Part shown: one piece after another, positions 39,802 through 52,848 of the stretch
How positions within the stretch are numbered: the first letter of the stretch is position 1
Layout: each line of letters begins with the position of its first letter
Source of the DNA: Octopus sinensis
Taxonomy: Eukaryota
Assembly (NCBI RefSeq): GCF_006345805.1
Contig: NC_043007.1
Location: 50,406,001 to 50,470,000 of the forward strand
Direction: 5' to 3'
DNA: 64,000 nt
Program-made: the position numbers and the translations under genes
The notes under the pieces: generated by a model
The model's database searches: none
What the model was told of the DNA's origin: nothing
The model's input: only the letters and a program-made list of their open reading frames with translations

Positions 39802-41094
39802 TGTGCGTACGTATGTATGTATGTGCGTACGTATGTATGTATGTATGTATGTATGCATGTATGTATGTATGTATGTATGTATGTATGTATGTATGTATGC
39901 ATGTATTTGTATAAACATGTATATAAGCATATATATCTACATACTTATACAAATGCGTAAGTTTATATACATTTATATAGTGTTTTAACGCTGACTTTCG
40001 ACGTTTGCATAGGTCAGATATATACATAATATTATATACAGTACATAGCGACAAAATTGCTCTGTAGTTAAGAATTCTGCTTTAAAACCATTTAGTATGA
40101 GTCAAGTTCCGCTATAACATTTCCTAAGATGGCAGCATGAGATTTGAGAGAGTTTTGAATCTTATATTCGTGCGATCATGTTTGCTCATCTCATTGATGG
40201 TTAAAATGGTTGATATAATAAACTTAATAAACTTATTGATCGTTTGACAAGTTTCTATAGTCGATAGTATGACGTAGGATGAAGAGGATTCGAGAAAGTT
40301 TTGAAGAATTTTGAGGTGGAATATTAAGACACATTGTGTTGTATTGCGTTCTACGTTGTTTTCGCAAACTGAATATATCTGATTTGCGTAACTAAGAACA
40401 AAAATTATGAAAAGAAAGACGTGAGTATAGAAAACAAAAACAAAAACATTGTCCCGGCAGAAAAGATGCTGGGGAACGGGAAACTAAATTTTTTTTATAA
40501 GGTATTAAGTACTGAGGTAAGTTTCTCACATAGAAATACATACATGCATGCATACATATAATTGTTCTAATTGTTTGTTTTCTGAGTTCAAATCCTACTC
40601 TGGCCTACATTAGTGCTATATTTAATCTGTTACCCGGTTTAGTAAATCATATGTCTTCGGTTTCTTTAGTGGAGTCCACATTGTTGCAAGCATGCATTCT
40701 AGCCATGTCCTCAGTTTTAATATATAACTTCTCCCTTTCTCCCACCAGTCTCGGAAGCCCTATAAACAAAGGTAGGCCCTGCTCTTAGGTACTGACTACA
40801 CACTGAGTAAAAAACGGAAAGGGAGTCTAGTTCTCTTGTTGCTTCCTTTATTTCGGGTGATCGCTAATATTGTAGTCACCATGGTAAACTATTTGCTCCA
40901 ATCACCTGTTTGTGATCCATTTTCTTTAGATTATTCTCTTTTTTCTGATTTGTGCCAATGCTACAACGACATAGAACTCTAACAACGGTATCAACAATAA
41001 AATTACTAAACAAAATATTGGACTACATTTGTCATGTGTAAGTTAAAGTAAAGATCAACATTTCATTGGCTTACACTCATGATACAATTGATTT

Positions 41095-41500
41095 ACTATA
41101 TTTCAGAGGTCATAATCCTATGTTGTTTGGATATAATAGACTTATAACCGGGTGTTGTTTGGGTATATTTAACCCTTGATTGTTTGGGTATATTTCAGTG
41201 GTTCTAACCCTGTGTGTTTTTGATAAAATAGACTCATAATCCGGTGTTGATTGGGTATATTTAATGAATTCTTAACCCTTGAATTTTTGGGTATACTTCA
41301 TAGGTCATAACTCTGTTGTTTTCGTATATAGCTTCACAACCCTGCATAATTTGGCTACATTTCATACTTTATAATTGTTGATTGTTTGGTTGTATTTCAT
41401 GGGTCGTAAAACTGGATTGTTTGAATGTGTTTCATAGATCATGACACTGTTCTGGGCATTTTATCTGTCATAACTCTGAATTGCTTTGTTATATGCGATA
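41095..41500. repeat. Degenerate ~33-bp minisatellite
   Basis: About 12 units resembling ttgtttgggtatatttcataggtcataaccctg. Confidence 0.7.
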
Positions 41501-42510
41501 CTTGCATGTGTTATCGAATTCGGAAATATGAAAATCGTAACTGACACCACCGAGATTAGAACGCAGGTAAAAGTCTATAATTAAGGATACCAGGGAGTTA
41601 CTAATTTTGGAGAGAGGGTGGATTCATCTAGTATATATTATACTGGATGAAACTGACACCAATATGTGACAGTATATACTTTATTTTATAAATAGAACAA
41701 AGAGAAAGGAGGATTTAAACTGAGAATGACATAACAGGACGCATCCAAATTATACCCTACTATAAAAAAAAAACATAAGAGCTGACATGGAGTGAACAGG
41801 ATTCAGTTTGATAGAATGATACAAGAGTTCGAATTATGTACATTCTTTCATACATTTTAGAAATTAAATTTGGTTAAACGATCTTGGTGTAATGATCAAA
41901 TTGACTTAATGATATTGTCTTAAGAATCAATGAGGATTAATGGTCTTTTGTAAAATGCTCATCCTGGAAGGAAAAGATAGTTCCTATGACTTTCACAAAC
42001 CTCCATAGAGTGGTGACGTTGGTGCCATTTGTAAGTTAATGACTGCGGGAAAAATATGACCATGGTGAGAATTCTAAAGGATTAACGTTCTACGAAGGAG
42101 AAGGATTGGGCATAAAGATTAGTGTAAGACGTCGGGAGTTAAACATAACATGGGTTATTAAAGGAGGCGAGACGAGTGGGATGATAGAGTCTAAGTAAAA
42201 GTGGCATGTACTCAGTCAGCTCCAAAGAGTCGAAGTCATTATAACAGTAGAAGAAAAGGCAGAGAGGGGAAACAGCACGCCTGTAGGTTAATGGTTGAAA
42301 CGTATCTACGAGCAATTTTATGTCAATCAGGCAGGATGGAAACTGTAGTGATACATCGGAGTTCAGAATTCAACTAATGATAAGCAACGACACATAAATA
42401 AAAAAGTTAGTTAATGAATTTGTATGACCTTAAATGGAGATTGATCAATGTATGTCTCTTTACACCTTTCTATCTCTCTCTGTCTTTTTCAGCATCTATC
42501 TATCTATCTT

Positions 42511-42619
<109 letters not shown>

Positions 42620-43570
42620 TGTTCTTCCTCTATCTTTTCACTTCCCGCCCATCTCTCTCTCTCTCTCTCTCTCTTTCTTTATTTCTTTCCCTTTCTTTCT
42701 CCTTGTTGCTGTCTCTGTCACTCCCAATCTCTGTCTTCACCCTTATCTTTCTCTGTCCCTAGCTCTTTCTTTCTCTCGCACCCTATCTCTATCTCATCTC
42801 TTTTCTCTATCTCTTCGCTCCTTCTTTCCTCTTCTTATGCCCTATTTCACTCTCACCCCCTCCCTCGCCCTACCCCTCATTCTTTATTTCTCTTTCACCT
42901 TCTCTCTCCCTCTCTTCCTCATTTCATTCCCTATTGTTCTTTCACCCCTCTCTCTTCCCTCCTCTCATTTCCTATAGTTCTTTCTCCTCTCTCTCTCTCT
43001 CCCTCTCTCATCAGGTCAGTGTTTCTATACTAAGAACTCTTTTCTTAAGGTTATTGTTTTGTTCATCTAATTCTATTTTAAGGAGTTTGAATTGTTTCTT
43101 GTTGTTGCTATAGTTGTGTTGTTGTAGCAAGCTTTGTTGCTGTTATCATTGTTGCAGTAGTTGTTCTATTGCTGTTGATATTGTGGTAGTTGCAGGTCGT
43201 GGTACAGCTGGGTTGGCTATATTTAATGATAGACTCGGAGTATTGTTTTAAGTCACACCCGTTTACATTTATTGCCCATGTGTAGGTGTGCCTCACTTTA
43301 GGGGTGGATGGCCATATTTGTTTACTTTCTGGCAACATATGTGCTGAGGTCGCGAGGTTTCCTATGGTTTTGGGTGTTACCAACTAGCATAATAAAGCAT
43401 AATAAAGCTACCACATTGTCTTCTGGCTTCTTTATTATTTACTCCATATTGTTCTAGCTATTGTTAATGTAACTTAGGTTTTTTATTTTATGCTGTTGTG
43501 GTGCATGGATAAGTTTGGTATCCTCAACACTCCATGCACACACACAGAAACACATACACACACGCGCGCG

Positions 43571-43612
<42 letters not shown>

Positions 43613-43750
43613 ATACGTAAGATATACAGAATATTTTGCTTGTATATATTCTGCAAGCCGACGAACTTATATCGCTACCAAAGGTTTATGTCTGTATACG
43701 TGAGTGAATTAAATCAAATGTTTATGCACATATATTCTTTTTTTTTTATG

Positions 43751-43950
43751 AAGGCAGCGAACTGGCCGTCAAGTAAAATACATTGCAGCATTTCTTCTGA
43801 CGTTTTACCTTCCGAATACAAATCCCGCCGAGGCCAGCTTTGTCTTTCATCCTTTAGGGTCAATAAAATCAAGTACCAGTCAAGTGCTTGAATAGTTGCA
43901 ATCAACTTGCCTCCATTCCTCAAAGTTTCTGGCTCCTGTGCCAAAATTAT
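43751..43950 (+). mobile_element. SINE family B
   Basis: aaggcagcgaactggc head; ctttcatcctttagggtcaataaaatcaagtaccagt body. Confidence 0.7.
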
Positions 43951-44360
43951 TCAATTCGTTTTTCCATTAAAAATAAACTCGCCTTATAAGTTATCACTTT
44001 CACCTTTACTAATTATCATTAGCACCATCTTTGTATTGGGGTGCATAATCATTGGCAATGTTTTGTATTGGCACTTTCGTTATCATTTATGGTCCATAAT
44101 ATTGGGAGTACTCAATTTAGTAGAATAGGAAAATATTTACTTTATAGTGATAATGGAATATGCTGGCAACCACTGGTCTCCTGATGGAGGTAGCATGTAT
44201 TCAGTTTAACATACAATCATCAAACCAAAATGAAAGAAACAATACCAGATCCAACGACAGTAATTCGGGCTCAGTTGGCCATTTTCCTCTTATACAAAAC
44301 AAACGGTTGACTGCATATGTGCATTATATTATACTCGCTATTTTATATGTACATATAGAT

Positions 44361-44486
44361 GGAGGTGTAGCTGTAGTAAGGAGTTTCATTTCCAGCCTCA
44401 TGGTTCTAGGTTCAGTCCCACTGTACAGCACCTTGGGCACGACCTAAGCCTTGTGAGTGGACAGGCAGAAACTGAAAGAAGCCCGT

Positions 44487-44561
<75 letters not shown>

Positions 44562-44582
44562 GATAGATAGATAGATAGATAG

Positions 44583-44633
<51 letters not shown>

Positions 44634-44654
44634 AGATAAGATAGATAGATAGAT

Positions 44655-44697
<43 letters not shown>

Positions 44698-44865
44698 TAG
44701 ATAGATATAGACATATATATAAATATATATATATACTCACACACACATACACATATGTATGTGTGTGTGTCTTTGTATCTGTGCGTCTTTGTATCTCCAC
44801 CACCACTTGACAACCAGTGTTCGTGTGTTTACGTCCCCGTAACATAGCGGTTCGACAAAAGATAA
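44361..44865 (+). mobile_element. SINE family A with an expanded (TA)n/(TAGA)n centre
   Basis: ggttctaggttcagtcccactgtacagc head; 3' half truncated after ggttcgacaaaaga. Confidence 0.75.
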
Positions 44866-45407
44866 AAGATAGTGCAAACGATAAAAGAATGAACGAATTA
44901 TAAGAAGTGTAGGAATATGAATTGGTCGTTCTTCAATGGCTGTTCAAAATCCATCTCCCCCACCTCTTAATGTTTGACTGAAAAGCCGCTGGCTTCTCTT
45001 GTCAGTGTTGTTTTGTTGTTGACGTTCTCGCTGAGGTCGCTTCATTTTTTCTTCTCCAGTTAACCTTGTGTAAAATACACATGCTTCAGAATGAAGCCGT
45101 AATAACAAAATGAAATGACAAAGGAATAAACGATTATGTTATGGACATCGTTAGTTTACAGCTACAGAAGGAGCCCTTGATTTTCACACCCCACGTACGA
45201 GTTTCCTTTCTCATTGGTAATGTTTTTACCTATATATTTGCATAAGTGTAATTATTTTCCCAAATAAATTGCACTTCATATTTGAGGCTCCGATGAAGCT
45301 ATAAGGTGTTACTCAGGCACTCAACTTTGAGCCCATTGTAACTTATAGCAGAAACAGCTGTAAGCTAATGAATAATCGTTTATTCCTGTCATCTCATTTT
45401 CTTTTAT

Positions 45408-45462
<55 letters not shown>

Positions 45463-45781
45463 ATATACATACACTCACATATATATATATACACATATAT
45501 ACATTCACATATATATACACACATATACATAAATATATATGTATATATATATATATATATATATACATACACGCATACACACATACAGACATGTATACAT
45601 ATGTGAATGTATGTATGTATGTATGTATGTATGTATGTATGTATGTATACATGTTACTCTTTGTCGTCAATTGCCTTTTGATGTCTCAGTCGAAGCTTTC
45701 ATTATTTCTTATCGCTGTTATTGTAAACATAGTTATCGCCGTTTTTCCTTTTTTGTTAACATCATTGTTTTATTATTATTG

Positions 45782-45870
<89 letters not shown>

Positions 45871-46409
45871 TCTGTTTGTTGTTATTACATTCTTAGTTGT
45901 TATTGTTGTCATTGTTTGTCATTGTTGTTGTTTTTGTTGTACTTTTTCTTTGCTGTTGCCTTTTGACTTGTTCAGTGTTCGTAATCATTTCCCCGTTTTT
46001 TCACATTTTGCGTGTGAGTGTTCTTGTTGTTTGTTTTTGCCTTGGTAAGAGGCGAAGGTGGTGGTGGTGTTCTTACTGTTGTTGATGTTGTTCTTGTAGT
46101 TTGAGACTGGGTTGGGTGGATCTGCCTAACATTGATCTCTCTGACTTTGATGTGAGATTTCTTTGGCGTCTTCAGAATTATGCATTCTTAGGCAGACAAA
46201 CGCATGCACGTACACGCACACACGCGCACACCCCACCCACACATATACACGTAGCGTATGTGTGTACATATATGAGTATGTGTGCCTGAATGTGTATATA
46301 TATCCATATATATATATATATATATAATGTATATATATATATATATATATATAAGAAATTAAAAAAGGAAAATACACACACTTTACATAGTTTTAATATA
46401 ATTTTTGAT

Positions 46410-46444
46410 ATATCGACCGGTTTCGCTTTCGCTAGTCATGATAT
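46410..46444 (-). ncRNA. Minimal type I hammerhead with variant core AUGACUA
   Basis: ATATC-ATGACTA-GC-GAAA-GC-GAAA-C-CG-G-TC-GATAT: 5-bp stem I, 2-bp stem II with GAAA loop, palindromic ACCGGT stem III, GUC site. Confidence 0.65.
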
Positions 46445-46700
46445 TATGGTTCACTTATTTGAATATGTATTTTCTTATGAAGAAATGTTTGTCGTTGTTG
46501 TGTGTGATGATATTTAGGAGTGAATGACTTCACAAGGAGAAAAATAAGTGGTGGTAATTGGTTATCGTTATTATTGTTGTCTGTTGCTGTTGTGGGCAAG
46601 GGAGATAACTGTCCAGCTTTCAGTAAGGGGAGGGGAATATAAATGTGTACACACAAAAGAAAGGGATTTCGTTTTTAGTGAGGGGATTTATATATATATA

Positions 46701-48544
46701 TTTTGTATTTCCCCGAAAATAAAACGGCCTATATTAATTTTCACCCCGAAATCACGCACCAAGGTTTATTTTTAGGTGAGTTCATGTTTTTTTCATGCAC
46801 CGAAAAATGACATTACGAAATAGAAAATTATGAAATTACTAAATAAACAGAAATGACGAAACACAGTCTACATTTACCTGGCCATATACATGTTCTTTTA
46901 CTCAGAATCTCATTAACAACAATTTATTCAAAAGCAGCTATGTCCATCCTCCTCTGGAATCTCGTTGTTCTGCAAATCACCGGATTCCAAAATTCCTGCA
47001 GAGTTTTCGTGTGACTCCATTTCTTGCAGTAGTTTCGTCTTCAATCTCTCATGTCGAGCAATAGAGGTTTTATTGAATGAGAAGTCCTTGTTCAGATAGC
47101 TTACTCGTAGTGCATTGGCAACACAGCTGTCAGTGATTTTGTTCCACGAATTCATCACCCAAGTGACGATCTCTTGCAGACTGGGTTTCACAAAATTTCC
47201 ACGCTGATTTCTTACCATTCTTTTTCCATTTTATAATCATTGATTTCCATGCGTAAATAGTCCTTGAATAGTTTATTTATTGCAATATCAAGAGTATGGA
47301 GATAGGCAGTGATTCCTGCAAGATTCATGATTTGATCTACTCTTCTTTCTGCCAAGAAGTTCTTCGTGTCTTTTGCGCGATGCGTGCTGGCTGAATCCCA
47401 GACTATCAGACTTTTTTGGCCTCCTTGCAAAATAAATGGCCACATGAAATCGATCCACTTCCTTAAAGCTAGCTGTGTGCACCATGCCTTTTTAGTTTCC
47501 AGATGCCTGAAAAGCGTTCAATTTTATCCTTTCTGTCTTTAGTGATGATTAGAGGTGGGGCTTTACTTCCATCCAGACGACTTGTCAAAATACATGTAAC
47601 TCGGACACTTTCGTAACGAGTGGAGCGAATGTAGATCGACTAACTCCTTTGATCAATTGTCGATTGAGATCCTTGGCCCATGGCTGCAGCTTCATCCACA
47701 GCATTTATGCTGGAGAGACTGTATTTAGAAAAGTCTATCCCATCAACAAAGGACTTAAATTCTAGTTTGAAGAGTGTTGTCGTCCTTCTCAGAGAAAGTT
47801 CATGTCGTTGAAGGAAACCACTCCGCCAGTGTTGTGATGCTTTGAATTTGCAAGGGTAAATGCTTGAATATCAGTCAGCAACTCCATTCACAGATGATGT
47901 CTTCCAGCTCAGAAAATAATGATTGCCGACCTGATCCACATTTGCGCTTCTTTGCATTTCCCTTGTCTACTTGTTGACTGAGTTTATCGTAGTCTACTCG
48001 CCATTTTCGGGCCATTCAGAGATCCAAATTCTTTTCTTTGCAGAAAACAGTTATTTCTCCACGAGTCCTTTCTTGTACTTGAAGGAATAAATTTTTCTTC
48101 TTGCACTCGTCTTGGAGTGGAAATAACCTGACAAATGATTTCCCAATCAATTTCCTCATATTGTTTTCTGAGAGATTTTTGCCTTGACAAAAAATGTGTA
48201 CTTTATTATTTTTTTCATCTACTGACTAGTACTGACCATTGATGAAAATGTTACACGACACATTTGAAAGCTCCGAATATGGACTGCCGATTGATGTATA
48301 GCTTGTTAATATTAGAGTTACGAAAGAGACACCAGGATAGATTTTGCGACGTCGTTATTTTTAGCCGCCGAAAAGATATTTTGAACAGTGTACATACCGC
48401 AACAAAGCGATTTGAATCAATATGAAGAGGCTGCTTATTTCTTTCTTTTGTCTGCTGCTGTCAACTAGGGCTTATGTCAAGGGAAAGGCTTATATTAAAA
48501 TCATCACGAAAAATCATGGTAGGTCCTATATTCAGGGAACACGG

Positions 48545-48546
<2 letters not shown>
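46701..48546 (-). mobile_element. pogo-family DNA transposon with both imperfect TIRs
   Basis: Left end ttgtatttccccgaaaataa (~46703); right end rc taccgtgttccctgaatatag (48546); flanked by TA runs; internal transposase relic. Confidence 0.85.
46928..48190 (-). pseudogene. pogo-type transposase (CENP-B-like HTH plus DDE_1), DD35D, frameshifted
   Basis: FKASQHWRSGFLQRHELSLRR, INAVDEAA, RVTCIL, LIVWDSASTH, YLHTLDIAINKLFKDYLR; 35 residues between the last two Asp; several frame breaks. Confidence 0.9.
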
Positions 48547-48596
<50 letters not shown>

Positions 48597-49019
48597 ATAT
48601 ATATATGCATACATACATGCATACATACATACATATATCAGCATTTACAGTATGATGTTTTGATGAATAAATTAAACCGATTTATGATGCCTCATTTTTG
48701 TCGGTGTAAAATAGAAGTTTGTTATCTTTAACACCTAAAGGTCTATTATGATAAATATATAAATGACAAATGAGACTGAACACTGAAAGTTAAATAGTGT
48801 TTAAATAATGTAGTGTTTAATAATGTAGGAACTCGTACAATACTAATACATCGAGAGTTGTCGAAGAGGATGAAACAGGAGACAAAAGAGAAGTGAAAAA
48901 TAAGACCAATGAATATGGATGTTTCACTTATATGAATAAGGAGTACGTTTTGGAGGGTAATGTTAGCACGATAAACTTAATATAGCCCAATTTGATAGCA
49001 GGTGCTTCTTAAATTACTT

Positions 49020-50864
49020 CCATTTAGAATTTAAAAAACACCTCTTTGACCTGGTTTTCCTATAAAAATTGTTGTTATGCAGGTTTTTGAGTCTCCGAAT
49101 ATTTTCTTCAGAGCGAAGGTAACATTTTTCATTTCATTCGTCCAAGGCTTTCATCTTTTTATAATGTTATTTTCAATAAACTTTTTCTTTAATTGCCAGA
49201 TGTTGGTGCCTAAATTTGCAGCGTAATATTTTTCGAAGTGTCTTACAAGGACTGTTGTTAAGTCCTTGCTTATGTTTCCTTTCAGTCATGTTTAGTTTTG
49301 AAGAGGTAACTGCCACTTCATAATTTATAACACCTGCTTTATAATTATTTAGTCGATACTTGTTGGTGATTCTACATGAATATGTGGACTCTATACGAAA
49401 TCAACGCAATTCTACTAATATGCATTCTTTTGGCCTTAGCTCTGCAAATTTTGAAAAACTAATTTTGATTTCAGCATTTTTTGATTTCAACAATTGAAAG
49501 GCTTCCTTTAAGTTACAAAGTACGGGGTACTTTTTCTCATGGTCTCTTTTGCTATCTTTTATTACTGATTTGTAATCCTTTTTTTTTCCTAGCATAGCTC
49601 TGCTTACTTCAATTTTATAAAACTGAGAAGCACAATTGGCAGTTTCTCAAGGAAACGTGCTTTTTCTGTTGCTAGGATGTGATACAATCCTTTGGTTATT
49701 GACCAGCCTTTTAGCGTCAGAATATCAATCAGGCACATTGAACTCTTCTTGCAGTTTTCTCAGAGATTAGCGTTTTGGCGGAATTGTTAAAACTTATAGA
49801 TTTTCTTATCTTTTTTTCTGTTGCTGCGAATTTTTCTTTTAACTGCTTGATTATTTCACTTTCAGGGTGATGATCTTTAAGCTCTTTTGGTGATTCACCG
49901 ACTTCCCTTCCCGGTGAAATCATTTAGATCTTTTGAGCAAAAGCGTTTTCGATTTCTTTTCTTTTCTTTTTCTCAGCATACATATTGATAGGGTCTATCT
50001 TTTGTTTTTGTTTTTTTTTTATTGGAGACTCTCCAATTTTAGACAGAACATTGTTGAAGAGCTCTAATTCTGAATTTTCTTCAACAAAGACATCTGTTGA
50101 TGATGAAATCACTTCAGTAGTAGTTGATGTATCTTCTAATGACGGTTCGATTTGAAATGTGGGCAAGGTTTTTCAGCAAGAGTTACATAGTTTATGTTCA
50201 CGAATTAGGCTTGCTTTAGACTATTTTGTTGCAAAATCTACTGTTGTGGTTCTTAAACCCTTTTTCACAGGTGCTTTATGCATTTTAAAAGCGTCACAAC
50301 ACTTCACTTGCTTAGCTAAAAATCTTTCTTTTACATCCATCTGTAACCAGAAATTAACTAAAATGCTTATATATATTTAATCTGATAAAAATAAGAATTA
50401 AGAAATTTAATTAGGCTGTATAACATGAACCACAGTCAATAGAAGCCCTTATAACTACAGTTCCTACAGAGATCCCAGTATGTGAGTTGTAACTATGTTG
50501 GACATAATTTTGAAAAAATCGATGACCATGTTTTTTAACCTATGAAAGTTCAAAGATCAATTTTTAGGTCAATTGTTATTGTGAGGGAAAAATACATTAA
50601 ATAAACATTCTAGATATATTTAAATGCTTTAAAATGAAAAAAAAATGAACTTTCTAGCTCAAATAGTTGCAAAGTTATTGAGTAACCGAAAAAATGTCAC
50701 TGTTTTGAAAATTTCAAGTGGTCATAACTCAGCAAATATTAGAGTCAGGTAAAAAGATATTTCATATTCAAGTTTTCATATGAAGGCCATTTAACATGCA
50801 AAGTTTGAAAGAAATCGGTTTCGGTCACTTTCGGCACCTGCGTTGATTTCGCATGGAACGACCC
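49020..50864 (-). mobile_element. 5' portion of a cut-and-paste DNA transposon, probably Sola2-like
   Basis: Terminus rc GGGTCGTTCCATGCGAAATC at 50864; frameshifted ORF pieces SEIIKQLKEKFAATEKK, LGKKKDYKSV, VLCNLKEAFQLLKSKNAEIKISFSKFAELRPKECIL; no catalytic region or second TIR seen. The family call is inference. Confidence 0.55.
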
Positions 50865-51281
50865 GATATTTAATTGGTTAATAATGGGATTTTTATGTGA
50901 GCGTGTTTAATTGGGAAACAGGTGCATATGAGATTCTGTTTCTCATGTTTGGTCTTCAACTTTAGAATAAGATTCTGCACATTCAATGTGCTTTTACATT
51001 TTTACATTTATAAAGTGTTTGAATATTAAGATAAGAGACGTGGTGGGGGATATTTTATAAGCCTGATAGGACAGCATGATATTACAAGTAAGGGAAGATT
51101 ACTTTTATCTTTGAATCCGCTAGTTAGTAGAGGATCATTGTAATGTGTGTGTGTGTGCGTGTGTGTATTTTGACCGCAGCCATATGGCTGAAAAGTATAA
51201 TGGAATAAAAGAATGTACACAAACATATTTATATACACACGCATATATACATACACACACTCACACATATATATGTACGTA

Positions 51282-51368
<87 letters not shown>

Positions 51369-51601
51369 AAAATAAGTTCAAAAATGAACAATTCAAACTT
51401 TTGGAGAGGTCCAAAAAGAGAGAAAGAATGATTTCTAATAAAGATTCATCATATTCATAAACAACAGCCAGAGCAATTAGTGTGAATATGAAGACAGTAG
51501 TTGAAAAATATCCTAATAGGTATAAATATGCCATAAACAATTACAGAAAAATGGAGGAGAAAAAGATGTTGCATCAAATTTAGATTTAATACAAAATAGG
51601 A

Positions 51602-51707
51602 TTCAATATATACGCGCGTTTCAAAGGACAATACAAACATGCAAAAAAAAATTATAATCATAGTAATTATAATTAAATTTATGCATTGTCATTCTCATCA
51701 GTGTGAA
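51602..51707 (-). ncRNA. Type I hammerhead with canonical core and weak stem I
   Basis: CTGATGA 51701-51695; stem II GAATGACAATGCA / TGTATTGTCCTTT; GAAA 51622-51619; CGCGCG palindrome; GUA site; stem I poorly paired. Confidence 0.7.
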
Positions 51708-51834
51708 GAATTTTTGGAATGATATGAAAAAAGGTTTAATAAGTTAAAATAAGATACAATAAGGGAGAATACAAAAGGGGTAATAGGGAAAAATGAGATA
51801 TTTACAAGCATGTTGTAAAAGGGAAAGAAACAGT

Positions 51835-51992
51835 GTGTGTATACGTCCCCGTAACTTAGTGGTTCGGCAAAAGAGACCGATAGAATAAGTACTAGGCTTA
51901 CAAAGAATAAATCCTGGGGTCGATTTGCTCGACTAAAGGCGGTGCGTCAACATGACCACAGTCACATAACTGAAACAAGTAAAAGAATAATA
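51835..51992 (+). mobile_element. SINE family A, 3' part
   Basis: acgtccccgtaacttagtggttcggcaaaagagaccgatagaataag...tgaaacaagtaaaagaat. Confidence 0.8.
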
Positions 51993-51994
51993 GA

Positions 51995-52027
<33 letters not shown>

Positions 52028-52125
52028 GCAGTAAGCACATAAATGCAAAACGAGGTGGAAAAAATATTACTCGAATACCAGGTAGAGTAATATGCTTTAT
52101 TGAAAAGCAGCAAAAATATATCACA

Positions 52126-52171
52126 AAAACTGTTACTCAGAGTTTCACGTTTCCGTTCGTCGGACAGTTTT
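52126..52171 (-). ncRNA. Type I hammerhead (U4C core), well folded
   Basis: AAAACTGT-CCGACGA-ACG-GAAA-CGT-GAAA-CT-CTG-AG-TA-ACAGTTTT: 8-bp stem I, 3-bp stem II with GAAA loop, short stem III, GUA site. Confidence 0.8.
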
Positions 52172-52186
52172 GTTTACAAACTAAAC

Positions 52187-52230
52187 AAAATCCGACGAAC
52201 GGGAATGTGAAACTCCGAGTAACAGTTTTT
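52187..52230 (+). ncRNA. Inverted second copy of the U4C hammerhead, stem I damaged
   Basis: AAAAT-CCGACGA-ACG-GGAA-TGT-GAAA-CTCCGA-GTA-ACAGTTTTT; CTG is missing from the 5' arm of stem I. Confidence 0.7.
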
Positions 52231-52355
52231 GTGTGATATATTTTTGCTGCTTCTCAATAAAGTACATATATATATATATGAGTGTAAGTGTGTGTATGTG
52301 TGTGTACATATGTGTGTGTGTGTGTGCATATATATATATATATATATAATATATA

Positions 52356-52401
<46 letters not shown>

Positions 52402-52544
52402 ATATATTAGAAGGTTATATATTATATATGTGCATATATATATAAAGTTAATCCAAGCAAGAAAGCACAAAAAAACACAACAACTCGAGGACGTGGAACA
52501 AATATAGTATTATTGTACGCTCAGGACAGAAGGAAAGAAGGGGG

Positions 52545-52580
52545 GTTTAACGTTTGGAGCGGAGCTCTTCGTCGGGAACA
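52545..52580 (-). ncRNA. Minimal hammerhead relic (U4C, G12C)
   Basis: GTTC-CCGACGA-A-GAGC-TCC-GCTC-CAAA-C-GTT-AAAC. Confidence 0.6.
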
Positions 52581-52707
52581 TAAGAGAAGGAAAGATCCAG
52601 AGAAGGAAGACAGAGGAAAAAAATTGCCAACAGTAGACACGAGGTCACATTATGCATACATGCATGCATGTATATAAATAAGGTGAAGTGTGTGTGTACA
52701 AACATAC

Positions 52708-52848
52708 GCGCAGGCGTGGTTCTGTGGTATAAAGCATACTTCCTAGCTGCCTGCTTCTGGGTTCAGTCTACTGTATGGCACCTTGGGCAGATGTTTTCAA
52801 CAATAGCTTTGGGCCGACCTAAGCGTTATGGATGAATTTGGTAGACGG
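52708..52848 (+). mobile_element. SINE family A, 5' half, truncated at the following inverted repeat
   Basis: gcgcaggcgtggttctgtggt...gaatttggtagacgg, then an abrupt switch. Confidence 0.7.

Noticed and set aside
43108-43383. AINVNGC resembling an APE endonuclease N-terminus
   Set aside because: A single short motif without following endonuclease motifs.
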